Position numbers and translations under genes: made by a program. A stretch of 56,298 bases of DNA, counting the filler, from Squatina squatina (lineage: Eukaryota): the NCBI GenBank assembly GCA_031763465.1. It is 4 parts of 4 records of this genome, joined end to end, with 100 filler letters (N's around TTAATTAATTAA, not from the genome) between each part and the next. Parts side by side here need not be neighbours in the genome. Positions count along the whole stretch, not along the records: positions 26,201 to 42,943 come from JARFOE010000192.1; positions 43,044 to 56,298 come from JARFOE010000004.1; 2 more parts are not named here. One strand, given 5' to 3'. This document shows positions 37,600-48,689 of the stretch, piece by piece. Numbering within the stretch: position 1 is the first letter of the stretch; each line of letters opens with the position of its first letter. Below the pieces are notes generated by a model that worked only from the letters and a program-made list of their open reading frames with translations, was not told where the DNA came from and ran no database searches.

Positions 37600-37932
37600 G
37601 CAGTTCCTCTCACTTTATTTTAAACCATTTTTACACTCCTCTTCTATAGCTCTATTTATTCCCTGGCCTTTTATGTCCTCCCTTAGTTCAGCATGACCTA
37701 TGTTCTTTCCTGTTTCATCTTTATTTAGACTTGTTTCATTTCTTGTAGATCCCTCCCAACATCTTACCAGTTTAAAGCCTTTGCCATCCTCCCTATTTAC
37801 CTCTTCTTCTCGGACACTTGTCCCATTCTGGTTCAGGTGGAGCCCATCCCATCGGTTCAGCTCCTTCCTATCCCACTGGTGCCAACGTCCCATGAAAAGA
37901 ACCCCTCTTTCCCACACCAGTCCTTTAGACAC
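37600..37932 (-). mobile_element. CR1 ORF1 SGNH-esterase fragment
   Basis: GVLFMGRWHQWDRKELNRWDGLHLNQNGT contains the DGLHLN esterase block typical of CR1 ORF1. Confidence 0.75.
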
Positions 37933-39787
37933 ATGTTGGACAGAATTTTCCCAGCCCCGCGAGTGTGGGTTTGGAGACCTGCTGTCAAAATAGCAGTGAT
38001 TGACAGCAGGGCGGAAGTCCGCTCTGAACCCGCCTCCGTGTCAGTTTCTCAAGTGCCGGATCTGCCTGCGGTCGCAGACCTGACATNNNNNNNNNNAAAT
38101 GTTGGGTCTGTCTGCGGATCGCAGAAGCGATACCAAGCGGCGGGCCAGTCAAGTAAGATACTTAAGAGGTAATATGAAGGCAGTTAAAAGGATTTTACCC
38201 GGGCACTTACCATTTTACAAAATTTTTGACGTGTTTGCCATTGCTCCGGTTTCATGCCAGGTGAGTGGAGTCGGGTTCTCAGTGACTCTCCATTGCTTTG
38301 GCTAGTTGACAGCTGCAGAAGTGGTATAAAAGCTAACATTTCACAGCTGTTTACNNNNNNNNNNNNNNNNNNNNNNNNNNNNNNNNNNNNNNNNNNNNNN
38401 NNNNNNNNNNNNNNNNNNNNNNNNNNNNNNNNNNNNNNNNNNNNNNNNNNNNNNGTTAAATTTACAATGTTGCAGCTAGACAGTACAAAATGTCAACAAA
38501 ATGCACACATTACTGTGGTTTCAACACTAAGAAAATGAGCATTCTAGTCCACTGTCAAGATGGCTTACTAAGTTGAAGATATTTTATTGAGTTTGTAGGG
38601 TTTCTTAGTGTTTCAGAGTGACCAGTACCCAAGATTAGTAAAACAGCCAAATTCTTGCATATATTATGTATATATATATATATCTGCAACTTAAAGCTGA
38701 AATATTTCAACAAACAGCAATACAATTATACTCTTAGTATAATCGTATTGAAAAATAAGTGTATGAAACCAGCGTCTTCACTTTCATTCAATACTGAAGA
38801 ACTCTTTGCTGTCAGTAACTGGTGTTGAAGCTAAGATAATGAATCATCATTCGCAGGTGTAGGCATTTTACATTGTGGTCCCTACCTATGAAATAAAACA
38901 CAGGATAAGAAAATAGTATAACATGATTCAAATATGAAACAAGCTTACTTATGAATTACCTATCAATTTAGAACATAGCCTGTTTTTTTAAACTAGGTTC
39001 TGTACAACAAAAATGCTATTACAGTGGAGTGCAATATTTAACTAGGCCAATGGGAAATAGGGGTCAAACATGGATATTGCCTGCTATAATGGCAGTTAGG
39101 TCATTCACATCTAGAATGATAATTGAGATATGCATTATCTGCTATATTAATTTTGCTGCATATTAAAGCTTCACATATAACCTAAATAGACCCTGCAAAA
39201 AGAATATCACTAATGAAAGTCAGTCATAAGAAAACAAAAATCTGAAGATAAACAAGATTTATCACCAGAGACTGTACTGCAGAGTTCAAGCTGGGCTTAT
39301 AGGATTATAGCTTTTTAAAAGCCTTACTACACTTTCACATCAAGGGCAATCAGGTTCAAGGCTTGTGATAAGGTTTAATACTCAGGTGATTCACAGTCTG
39401 ACACCGGGAGAAAGCAGTGTTATGTTCTTCAGATCACTTATGGATAGAATACTTTCAGCTTTCATCGTCAAATCTGGATATGTGAACTTGCTGTGAAAAC
39501 GTCAATTAAGTGAGAGACGGGTCTGATCAAATTCATGTTGGGTTGAAGTCTCTGATCATTTAAGTGGCCTCCACAGAGTGTCCATCAGTTCAGCACAGGG
39601 CCGTTATTAATGGGACAAATACCGCAGTCATCAAGAATGCAGCAGCAACAACTTGTCCTGGTGCAGCTGTCAACATCCTTTGAGAGANNNNNNNNNNNNN
39701 NNNNNNNNNNNNNNNNNNNNNNNNNNNNNNNNNNNNNNNNNNNNNNNNNNNNNNNNNNNNNNNNNNNNNNNNNNNNNNNNNNNNNNN

Positions 39788-40165
39788 CCACTCGCGGTTC
39801 TTGCAATGAGTCAGCTATTTATACCATGAAATAAGATGGCGTAACGCCACGGGAAGCCTGTGTACAGGCAGGTTTTTCTGGCGCTGTCTTCTGGAGGCCA
39901 GCAGAGGTGTTAAGACTAGTGAATTTTCTGTCGAGACGCTGCGGAGGCATTGCGCACTGTGATGATGTGACCGGCAGCTAGCGCCTCCAAGAATAGCACC
40001 TCGCCGGGCCGCGGAGGCATTAATTTTTAACACCTCCAAAAAACGGGTACCGAATTTCGCAGGTGGTGCTAATTGGCCCATTTGTGCCTAAAGTTTTTTT
40101 TAACGCCTCCATAACTCCTTCAGCTGGCGGCAAAGAGGCGTTAAAAAGTACCCAATTTCACCCCC
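39788..40165. mobile_element. CpG-rich non-autonomous DNA-transposon-like element (possible Harbinger MITE)
   Basis: Sharp GC-rich island ending CCCAATTTCACCCCC, with a 13-bp subterminal inverted repeat at 40097-40109/40135-40147. Confidence 0.45.
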
Positions 40166-40751
40166 TCGACGTTTTGTTAACGATTAATGATTTCAGGTGA
40201 TCTATTTGCTAATTTAGAGGCAATTCCACAATCTCAGCATCTACAAACTAGTAATCCTTGCACATACATACTTTTGTGAGTGATGCTGTATCTTTATTTT
40301 CTTAAAAGATAACAGTTGCAGCAAGAAATGCACTTTTCATCTGGTATGAAATGCTTATCTAGGCATGCCGTCAGAAATGACCTTGTGGAGAAGGTGAAGG
40401 AGAAGGTGTCTCATTCAAAGCAGGCCCATGGAATAGGCGACGTGGCCTGTTGCCTCCCGGCATAGCAACATAACGTGCTTTCCTTTCTCTCTCAGCACCA
40501 TCGAAGGGAAGTAAGAAAACAGTACAAAACATTAGTCATTTTACAGTACCGGGGTAACTGGATCAGACTTCCAAACAGCTTTGTGAATTGTGGTGACCTT
40601 TAACTTATTCTGAGACACTCATTTCCAATAAGTAACATCACCTTTTAAAAGGTACTTTCACAGTAAGTTAAAACATTAACTAAACTGATGTTGAAAAGAG
40701 ACACTAGGAAACTGATCAACTACTCCTGTGCATAAATCATTTTTACCAGTT

Positions 40752-40757
40752 TTTATT
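40752..40757 (-). terminator. Candidate PRPF4B polyadenylation signal AATAAA
   Basis: TTTATT on plus at the distal end of the AU-rich UTR-like region; another at 41815-41820. Confidence 0.5.
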
Positions 40758-41911
40758 TTTTTTGAAATAGTAAGTGAAAGGCTTACAGCAACTAAAGGCA
40801 ATTTACGTTGAGTGCATTGATTTGTGACTTGATAATCTTACTTTTTTTACTTTGTACAAAACGTTGGATAAAAATGTCACATTTACATAGAAAATGACGC
40901 TCGTTAAACATTCCATACCAAGACAATTGGGATAACAAAATAAAATTTAAAAAACAGATCAGATCAGCAAGTCACTACTGTAGTTTTATGGTTGTACAGA
41001 GACTTGACTGCACATAGGACCACTGTGAAACAGCTATAATGTCTGTTCAAAATGAATGCTTTATTCACCAATGTATTTATGATGCATACCAAAATCCTCC
41101 AGTATTCTGCAAGGGTAACTTTAGATGCAGGAAGAGTGTGCTGCTGTCTGACAAAATGCCCCAACTTACCTTTATATATAAGCAAAGGCATTGTGCAATT
41201 ATTTTAACTCCTTCACTGGCCAGTTGCAAGTCTGCAGGCCTTAGTGCATCGCTAAGTTCTGATCAGCTAGTCTTTGAATGTTACCTTTTCTTTGTTGGAT
41301 ATTTCAACAAGTCGGTATCAAAAAATTTATGCCCATTTTATGCATGGATTGCCCCACAGGTGCAACGGTTTACTGAATCCCAAAAAAAACCTACCGCGCA
41401 CACAAGAATTGGAGGGTTTAATATCCTTTTTCAGTCTGAAATCAAATGGTAGTTTATGCCAGTGAAGGGGCTAAGTACAGAACTACAATTCAAAGTCATC
41501 ACAACTCATCTTAAACAAAAGAAAAACTATAGACCAAATTAAATGTACAAAAGAAAAAAGGTAAAGAAGCAATTACCGCTTTAAAAAGCAGCTGCTTTGC
41601 TCAAGAGTGGAAGGTTATGTATGCCTGTATTGAGAGACAACATGATCACAAATAATGAAACCAATGCACATAACGTAGCAAAGGAAATTCTTACTGTAAA
41701 ACAATCTTAATTTTAATTTTTAAAAATTCAGAAAGTGTCATATTTTAGACATCTACAAAGAAATATAAAATCCCAATCTTTTTCCATTTTAATGACTAAA
41801 TGAAACTGTTTCTGTTTATTAATGGACTATAGGTACAGATTTACTAAGAAACAGAATTTTATGGCATTGACAAATTTCTACCACAATTCTATAACAACTT
41901 CAAATGGTAAA

Positions 41912-42148
41912 CAGTACACTGAAGGTGCTATACTCATCAAGCTTCCCCACACTGAAGTCTATAAATTGGCATAGTTTCAGCAGTACATTAGCAAATTCAC
42001 AAGCTAGTTAATATCTTATCACATTCGCCAGCATGCAAGGCATTCTGCCATGATGCCAATACTTCTCATTCATGAGCTGTGCCTATCTGTGACAATGAAT
42101 GCTAGTACACCAGTAATGTTGATGGTTTAGCTTACCTTCAGTGTACTG
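41912..42148 (-). promoter_or_regulatory. Long-range RNA stem structure masking a 5' splice site in the PRPF4B 3' UTR
   Basis: Perfect 15-bp inverted repeat 41912-41926/42134-42148, extended by 4+2+6 bp, plus nested inner helices; the 5' arm contains GAAG|GTAAGC. Confidence 0.7.
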
Positions 42149-42674
42149 AAAGTGGTACACAACCTGCTTTAAATGATGTGACCATCCCTGCGAGCAGGCA
42201 CAGGTAGGGACAGACCCCTTCGGCACTGAGTACACCAAGGGCATGCTGGCCTGCGCACACACANNNNNNNNNNNNNNNNNNNNNNNNNNNNNNNNNNNNN
42301 NNNNNNNNNNNNNNNNNNNNNNNNNNNNNNNNNNNNNNNNNNNNNNNNNNNNNNNNNNNNNNNNNNNNNGGGGAATGCAACAGCCATTAGAGGGAAACAA
42401 AAACCAAAAATAACTTTTTTTAAAATAAAGTTTGTGTGCAGTCTTAGCAGTTAAAACAATTCAACAAAACTACAGTGAAAGTATGAAGAAAACATTTGGA
42501 AAAAACAAATCAATATATTTACAGTGACTCATATTCCTACTAGAAGTAACATTTTTCTTTTAACTTAACTTCATGCATATTTCACGGTAAACATCGTGTT
42601 TCACATATACTAAAATACTTTTCTCTGACTTTTCCAGTCTTTGTTTAATTGCTCAAACCCGTTAAATCCTTCGA

Positions 42675-42878
<204 letters not shown>

Positions 42879-42987
42879 CTAAACCAAAAAAAAAAAATCG
42901 GCCTTTGTCAGGATGCATATTGTGCTTCAATATTTTAGATGTGNNNNNNNNNNNNNNNNNNNNNNNNNNNNNNNNNNNNNNNNNNNN

Positions 42988-42999
42988 TTAATTAATTAA
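42988..42999. other. Artificial assembly linker TTAATTAATTAA
   Basis: Same 44N-12mer-44N pattern. Confidence 0.95.
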
Positions 43000-44040
43000 N
43001 NNNNNNNNNNNNNNNNNNNNNNNNNNNNNNNNNNNNNNNNNNNTGCTAGTGTTTTTTGTATCACCCATTCATACTTCTACTGATCTCCGACGGAGATCAG
43101 CAAAAGTATGAATGGGAGATAACCCTATCTGATTGGTTGGGGCCTCCCACATGATCCCGCCAGTGTACACGCTGCTGAAAAAACTGAGCTGCTCCGCCTA
43201 CGTTCCTGTGGAGGCCCAGGAACTGGAAACTACAAAACCCCCGGACCACCAGGTACTTTTGTAGAAATCGTTCCGGTTGGAGGCCTCCGTACACAAGAAG
43301 CCTCCGACTGGAATTTTCGGACCCATGTTAGATGAAACTTCAAATGTAATGTGGTCATGGTCCATTTAAAGATCCCGGCCAAAAATGTGTCATGAATAAC
43401 GTCACCAGACCCATTGGGGTAACATCTCATTGGGCCGGGTAACACGCGGGGTGGACTTAACAAGCCCCATTAAGAAAAGTTCACTTTCAATAGCAGGATG
43501 GAGCCAGCAAAGGGGTCGGGACCGACATGGCTACTGCCTGCACCGGACCCACCAAAGTAAAGAAAGTTCCGGACAATGTTTATCTATAATACCCTATCAC
43601 CCATAACATATAAGAGCTTTGATGCCCAAGAGTTGAGCAATACTAGAAAAATACAGCAGATTGCATCAGGAAATGACTCAAACAAGTTGTAGCAATAAAT
43701 ATTAAAACTACTTGTTTTGTATAATAAGCAATATCTGCTGGAGATCTAAAACAGTAATTGAATTGGGGTGTGGATGACGTTAAAAACCTCTGAAGCTTTG
43801 ATTTTTTTTGTGGTTAATGACACCATCAGAATCCTTCAATTTTAATTTCAGCCTTAAATCTCACTGGCCATCTTATATATGTTTATACTCAAGCAAGCGA
43901 CTACTATTCTTGGGGCTGAGCAATTGATTTCCAAATGTAACTTGTTAGATGTCCCAGGTTAATAAATGGTAAATTGAAATAAAATGAAAAATGTACTTCA
44001 AAACTTAGCAAGACAGTTGGATTTCTACTTGTTCTTCCAG

Positions 44041-44156
44041 TACACAAGAAATGCATTGTTAAGGTTGAGAGCAAACTACACTCAGATGCGTTACAACATG
44101 TTAATGTTCAAAGAACATTCTTGCGTAAGGGAAGACTCTCATACTAGTTTGAACAG
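44041..44156 (+). other. Candidate exon (116 nt), product unknown
   Basis: Strong acceptor TTTCTACTTGTTCTTCCAG| and donor AACAG|GTAAGA; one frame is open (YTRNALLRLRANYTQMRYNMLMFKEHSCVREDSHTSLN); no recognised homology. Confidence 0.35.
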
Positions 44157-45394
44157 GTAAGAACAAATGTGCAAAATATTCCAGAAATCTTAACAATCAA
44201 CAATCTGGTGTTGCAACGGATGATCAAAACTTAAAAATAAGTTTACAGCCTACTCATTATTACTCTGATGTACTTGTAAAATACTGTTTCAAAGAAATAT
44301 ATCAAAATCAAAATTTCCATAACTCTCTTCTATTTCACATTTTTTTTATAATTGTACAATGAAGATAAACTCTTCACATCTTTTCCAATAGAATCTTTCA
44401 CACACAGAGCTGTTGGAAAATACTCCCTCTGGACAATACAATAATTATCTCATATAGAATGAAATACTTTGCCTCATGCTACCGACTCTCATTAATGGAT
44501 AACCCTTTTAAGTGACAGCAGAGCACTTACTGCTATACTTGTAACAGCCTCTTCACACTGTTTCACTGGACATTAACCTGCTAAATTATCAATTATTTCT
44601 CTATATATTAACAATGGTAACTGAAAAAGAAACATTAATGCAATTTCCTATCATAAATTACAATGCATAATATTAAGAGAATACAATACAAAGAAGTTAC
44701 AACATAGAAACAGGTATTTACCCTCCAGCAAGCAAGAAGTCCTAATCGCACTTGTCCAAATTGTAATTTTTCTTGAAGAACTCTTTGACAATTCACCGCT
44801 AAAGTTTGTGTTCTTGTAGTAAAGTTTGTGCAATGAGATCACAACCTGTTGGACAGGACGTCTAGAATCAAGGCCCACCATGGAAAATGTCCATATTCTG
44901 TGACTTGGTACAGAATTTGCCTTTGCGCATTTAGGAACTATGGCATNNNNNNNNNNNNNNNNNNNNNNNNNNNNNNNNNNNNNNNNNNNNNNNNNNNNNN
45001 NNNNNNNNNNNNNNNNNNNNNNNNNNNNNNNNNNNNNNNNNNNNNNCAACTCGCCACATTCCCCTGTATCCCATGGGCTTTTACTTTTCTGACCAGTCTG
45101 CCATGTGGAACCTTGTCAAATGCAAGAATTTAATATTGCTAGAGGATCTTCCATGGTATTTCTCCTAGTGAGTGAGGATAAGTTGTTTAATGCTATGTCA
45201 TAAAATGTTATCGGGGCACTGATTTATGGTGATTTAAAAAAAAAAATCACACTTTGACTTCAAAGAATACTGTGGGAATGTTGGTGATAATTTCAAGCTC
45301 AAAATCTTTGTACTTATTTGTATGTAAATGGAAAATAAGTGGCCTTGATCACTACTAAAGTTAGTATAGAGATACAATTCATTTGATCTTTTTC

Positions 45395-46300
45395 GAAGGT
45401 CAGGACAGAGGGGAAGGTGGTGAGGAAATGTTGTTGGTAAATAGGTAGATTTTAGGAACTGCATGTAGTAGTAATGGGGAACTGGGATAGTGTTGAGGAT
45501 GGTTTGAACGCTTGGAAGTGCAAGATTTGGAACATGGAAGTGGGGGGGGGAGCAGGTGTTAGTGACCGGGAGACCTGGGATTAGGTTCGCAGGATGTAAG
45601 ATTGGTCGGGGCAGTTGTGGTGTTTTGGAGCACTGGGAAGGAGGTATTGGGGTCAGTTAGAAGTGGTGGTGGAATATGGTAGAATTCGGGGAGCCCTTGG
45701 TGTGGGAGAAAGTATGCCTATTATGGCAGTGATGAGAGGATGGATTTGAGGCCGGGGAGCACTGCGAATGAAGATTAAGTGGGAATACTGAGAGAGGGGT
45801 TGATTGCTGTTGACAAATACATGGTAGCAGGGGTTTCTTCAGGGGTGGGTTGGCCATGAAGGATGGGAGCAGAAAGAAATGTCAGGAAAAAGCAGTAAGT
45901 GGGTAAAGAAGTGAATGTGATTTGGGTACTGGGAGAAGGAGTGGTGGTGATGGTTTTCCCAGTTTAAGAAATCCACCCCTGCCATTCTGATGGGCTCCTC
46001 GATCTGCATAACCACCATCCTCCCCCAAGCTGGTGTTGAGAGCTACAGAGCCTGGTTGTGCAAGAGAGCACAGATGCGCAACGTGTTTCTTGATACTGTT
46101 TTCCAAGCAGTGACTGAGGAAACTGGTATTATTTAAAATAAGTACTGTTAAATAATGCAGGTTTCTCCACTGCTGAGGAAAACCTGTCCACAAATCTTGC
46201 TGTCATTGGCCACCGCTCCCTCCACTGCTGCCTCCTCCGTGACTTCTTACTCTCCTCGTCCCAACTGAAACTTCATCCATTGGAGTCACATGTCAGTGCT
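45395..46300 (-). mobile_element. Heavily decayed LINE, probably L2
   Basis: G-rich plus strand / C,T-rich minus strand with L2-like phrases (GGAAGGTGGTGAGGAAATG, GATGAGAGGATGGATTTGAG); no intact ORF. Confidence 0.4.
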
Positions 46301-47525
46301 CAGGGTCTTGTTCTGCTTGGAGTGAGAGTGGTTCAGTTGCAACAGTGGAGGGGGGGACCTAACCACATGGATGTAGGGGACAACAGTTGAGTATTTTAAG
46401 TAACTCTGCATGGCTAAATGTTCAGTTAAGCTCAATGACCTGAGTCTTGGTCTACTTTAAGACCACAATGGCAAGATATAATCTTATCAGAATATTGCAT
46501 TCTGCATTACATCGTTGCCCTTTATAACAGCATATTATCCAGTTCAGCATGAGCAACGTCACGGGAGATGCATTAGTAAATGTGTGTGTAATTCCTTCTC
46601 TCAGTGCTTGAAGAGTTAGGGTTAAAGAGAACTGACTGGTTTAGGGCTGTTGTATAGCAGGCGATGATGTACTTCATGCAAGGCTACTGCAAGCAAAAGC
46701 TCTTTAAGGGCATTTACCTATGATTAACACTCTGTCTGGCCTGTTCTGGTGTATGTGTACGATAAACTACATTCAGACGAAGGCCATGTGGAAGGTAAGT
46801 AATTTAACTTGATATGTTTTGCTGTCCTGAATCACAACTGGGACTGACATTGACACTAATAGCAATTATAGAACCTCATAAACTGTTTTCTCTCTGAGTA
46901 ATGTGTCTTCTTGACACTGCAGAATTTAACTTGTTATTCAGCTATCAGCTTGTAACTGAATGATCTATGTAATCAGAGTTCTTTAAAGTGGAAAGGCCCA
47001 AAGTTCATTACTTGCTTTGTTGAAATTGCATCATCATTCTCTGAAATGGTTCAGAATACAAATTGTGTAATTTTCTTCTTTGCAAATTGAAAATGAGGTT
47101 TGCACTTTTTGCTTATAAGCAGAGTTTGTTGCCAAAGAGTTAAGATTATTTTACAGCTAAGTTTTTGACCAACACACAAATAAGAATCTGGGTTAAAGCA
47201 TATATTAAAATGTGTATTTGCTAATTATTGGCTAAAATGTATTTTAGTTGAAGTAAGTTTTTTTTTAAATATATTTGTTTTGGTGATATGTCGCTAGCAA
47301 GGCTGGTATTTATTGCCCATTCCTAATTGCCCTTGAAAAAGGTGGTGGTGAGCCGCCACCTTTAACCATTGCAGTCTTGTGTTAAAGGTNNNNNNNNNNN
47401 NNNNNNNNNNNNNNNNNNNNNNNNNNNNNNNNNNNNNNNNNNNNNNNNNNNNNNNNNNNNNNNNNNNNNNNNNNNNNNNNNNNNNNNNNNNNNNNNNNNN
47501 NNNNNNNNNNNNNNNNNNNNNNNNN

Positions 47526-47642
47526 CTGGAAAGTTGGAACAAATGGGAATTAGCCAGGAGAGTCATCGTCGATCATTGCTTCAGGAAATACAGCAACTGC
47601 GTATACAAGATGATGTGGAAAGTCTTACTGCCATCTTTGAAG
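47526..47642 (+). CDS. SAM-domain C-terminal exon (5' end in gap), SAMD12/SAMD10/Aveugle-like
   Basis: GKLEQMGISQESHRRSLLQEIQQLRIQDDVESLTAIFE aligns without gaps to recalled SAMD12 [38 protein letters not shown]; phase-1 donor GAAG|GTATAA at the equivalent position. Confidence 0.75.
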
Positions 47643-48419
47643 GTATAAATAAAGCAGGTTTTCGAGCACAATTCATTTCATTTTTCTTTATTGCAATAAA
47701 TTAAAGCACCACCAACAAACAATTTATGAATTTAGGAATGAGGCTAAATTAACATGTGTTGCTGATGTTTTGAATCAAACCTGTGGGAAAACTTTAAAAA
47801 CAACATTGCCAAAGATTTGACTTTATTATTTCCTTACAGAAAACAGTTTTGCTACTATAATTATTTTCAATGTTTCCATTTTCTATGTAATATATTTTTA
47901 TATACCAATACACCACCTGTGGCATTGCTCAAAGTAAGTTGGCATATGAGCAGGGTGGGATGGGGTGACCTGATGCATGAATTTTAATATTTGAGTGTTT
48001 TTTTTTAACCTAAATACACCTGGGCCCGGACGCTGTTGCCTTCTGAAAGGCCCAACGAGTTCTGGGTTTCCGCATACTCAAAAATCTGGAACTTACAATC
48101 TGCCTTGACAGATCTACTGAACTGAAAGTAAAACCACATTTGCTCAGCAAATGCCCACAAACCCTTACAGCTGGTTTTAAAAAAAAAAAAACAGGCATAG
48201 GGCCTGCTTTCACCAGTGTAGGGGTTAATATAAATCTTAAATTAAAAATTTTAAAATAAAAAATGATGCACAAACACTTGAAATTACGTCATGCAAATTT
48301 TGGCCCAGATTAAAATCTTTAAAATTATTTTTCAAAAAATAAATATTTTATTGTATTTGTGTATTGAAGGGACTTTTAATTAAATTTGAAAATGAGAACA
48401 TTTTTTTAGAATTGTGTAA

Positions 48420-48689
48420 ATTGTTTGGGGATTCCGTTGCTTGTCAGGGGTTTCTGTTTGGAAATGACAGCATTGGAATCCTCCTTTCTAATTGGACGAC
48501 CTGGCCCATGTGATCTCACGGACGTTTCCGGACTATCTGCATCCCTGGGATCAGTGGGCCTTTCCGCAGGCCCACGCCTGCAGGCCCGAGACCCGCACTC
48601 TCCGCAGCCTGGGAGCCTGAAGGTATGTGTGTACATTTTTAGCTCAGTCATACTCTGGAGGTCCATCTCTGACCACAAATTCCAGGCCA
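48420..48689. mobile_element. GC-rich non-autonomous DNA-transposon-like element end
   Basis: GC island ending CCACAAATTCCAGGCC; similar in architecture to 43130-43324. Confidence 0.4.

Larger units (their letters stand above)
40735..42674 (-). other. PRPF4B: PRPF4B 3' UTR (one internal gap)
   Basis: Repeat-poor AU-rich sequence downstream of the stop codon; continuity across gap 42264-42369 is assumed. Confidence 0.6.

Noticed and set aside
39410-39492. Minus-strand FTYPDLTMKAESI resembling a FAM217 motif
   Set aside because: Short match, opposite to the expected orientation, flanked by stops, no further FAM217 motifs.
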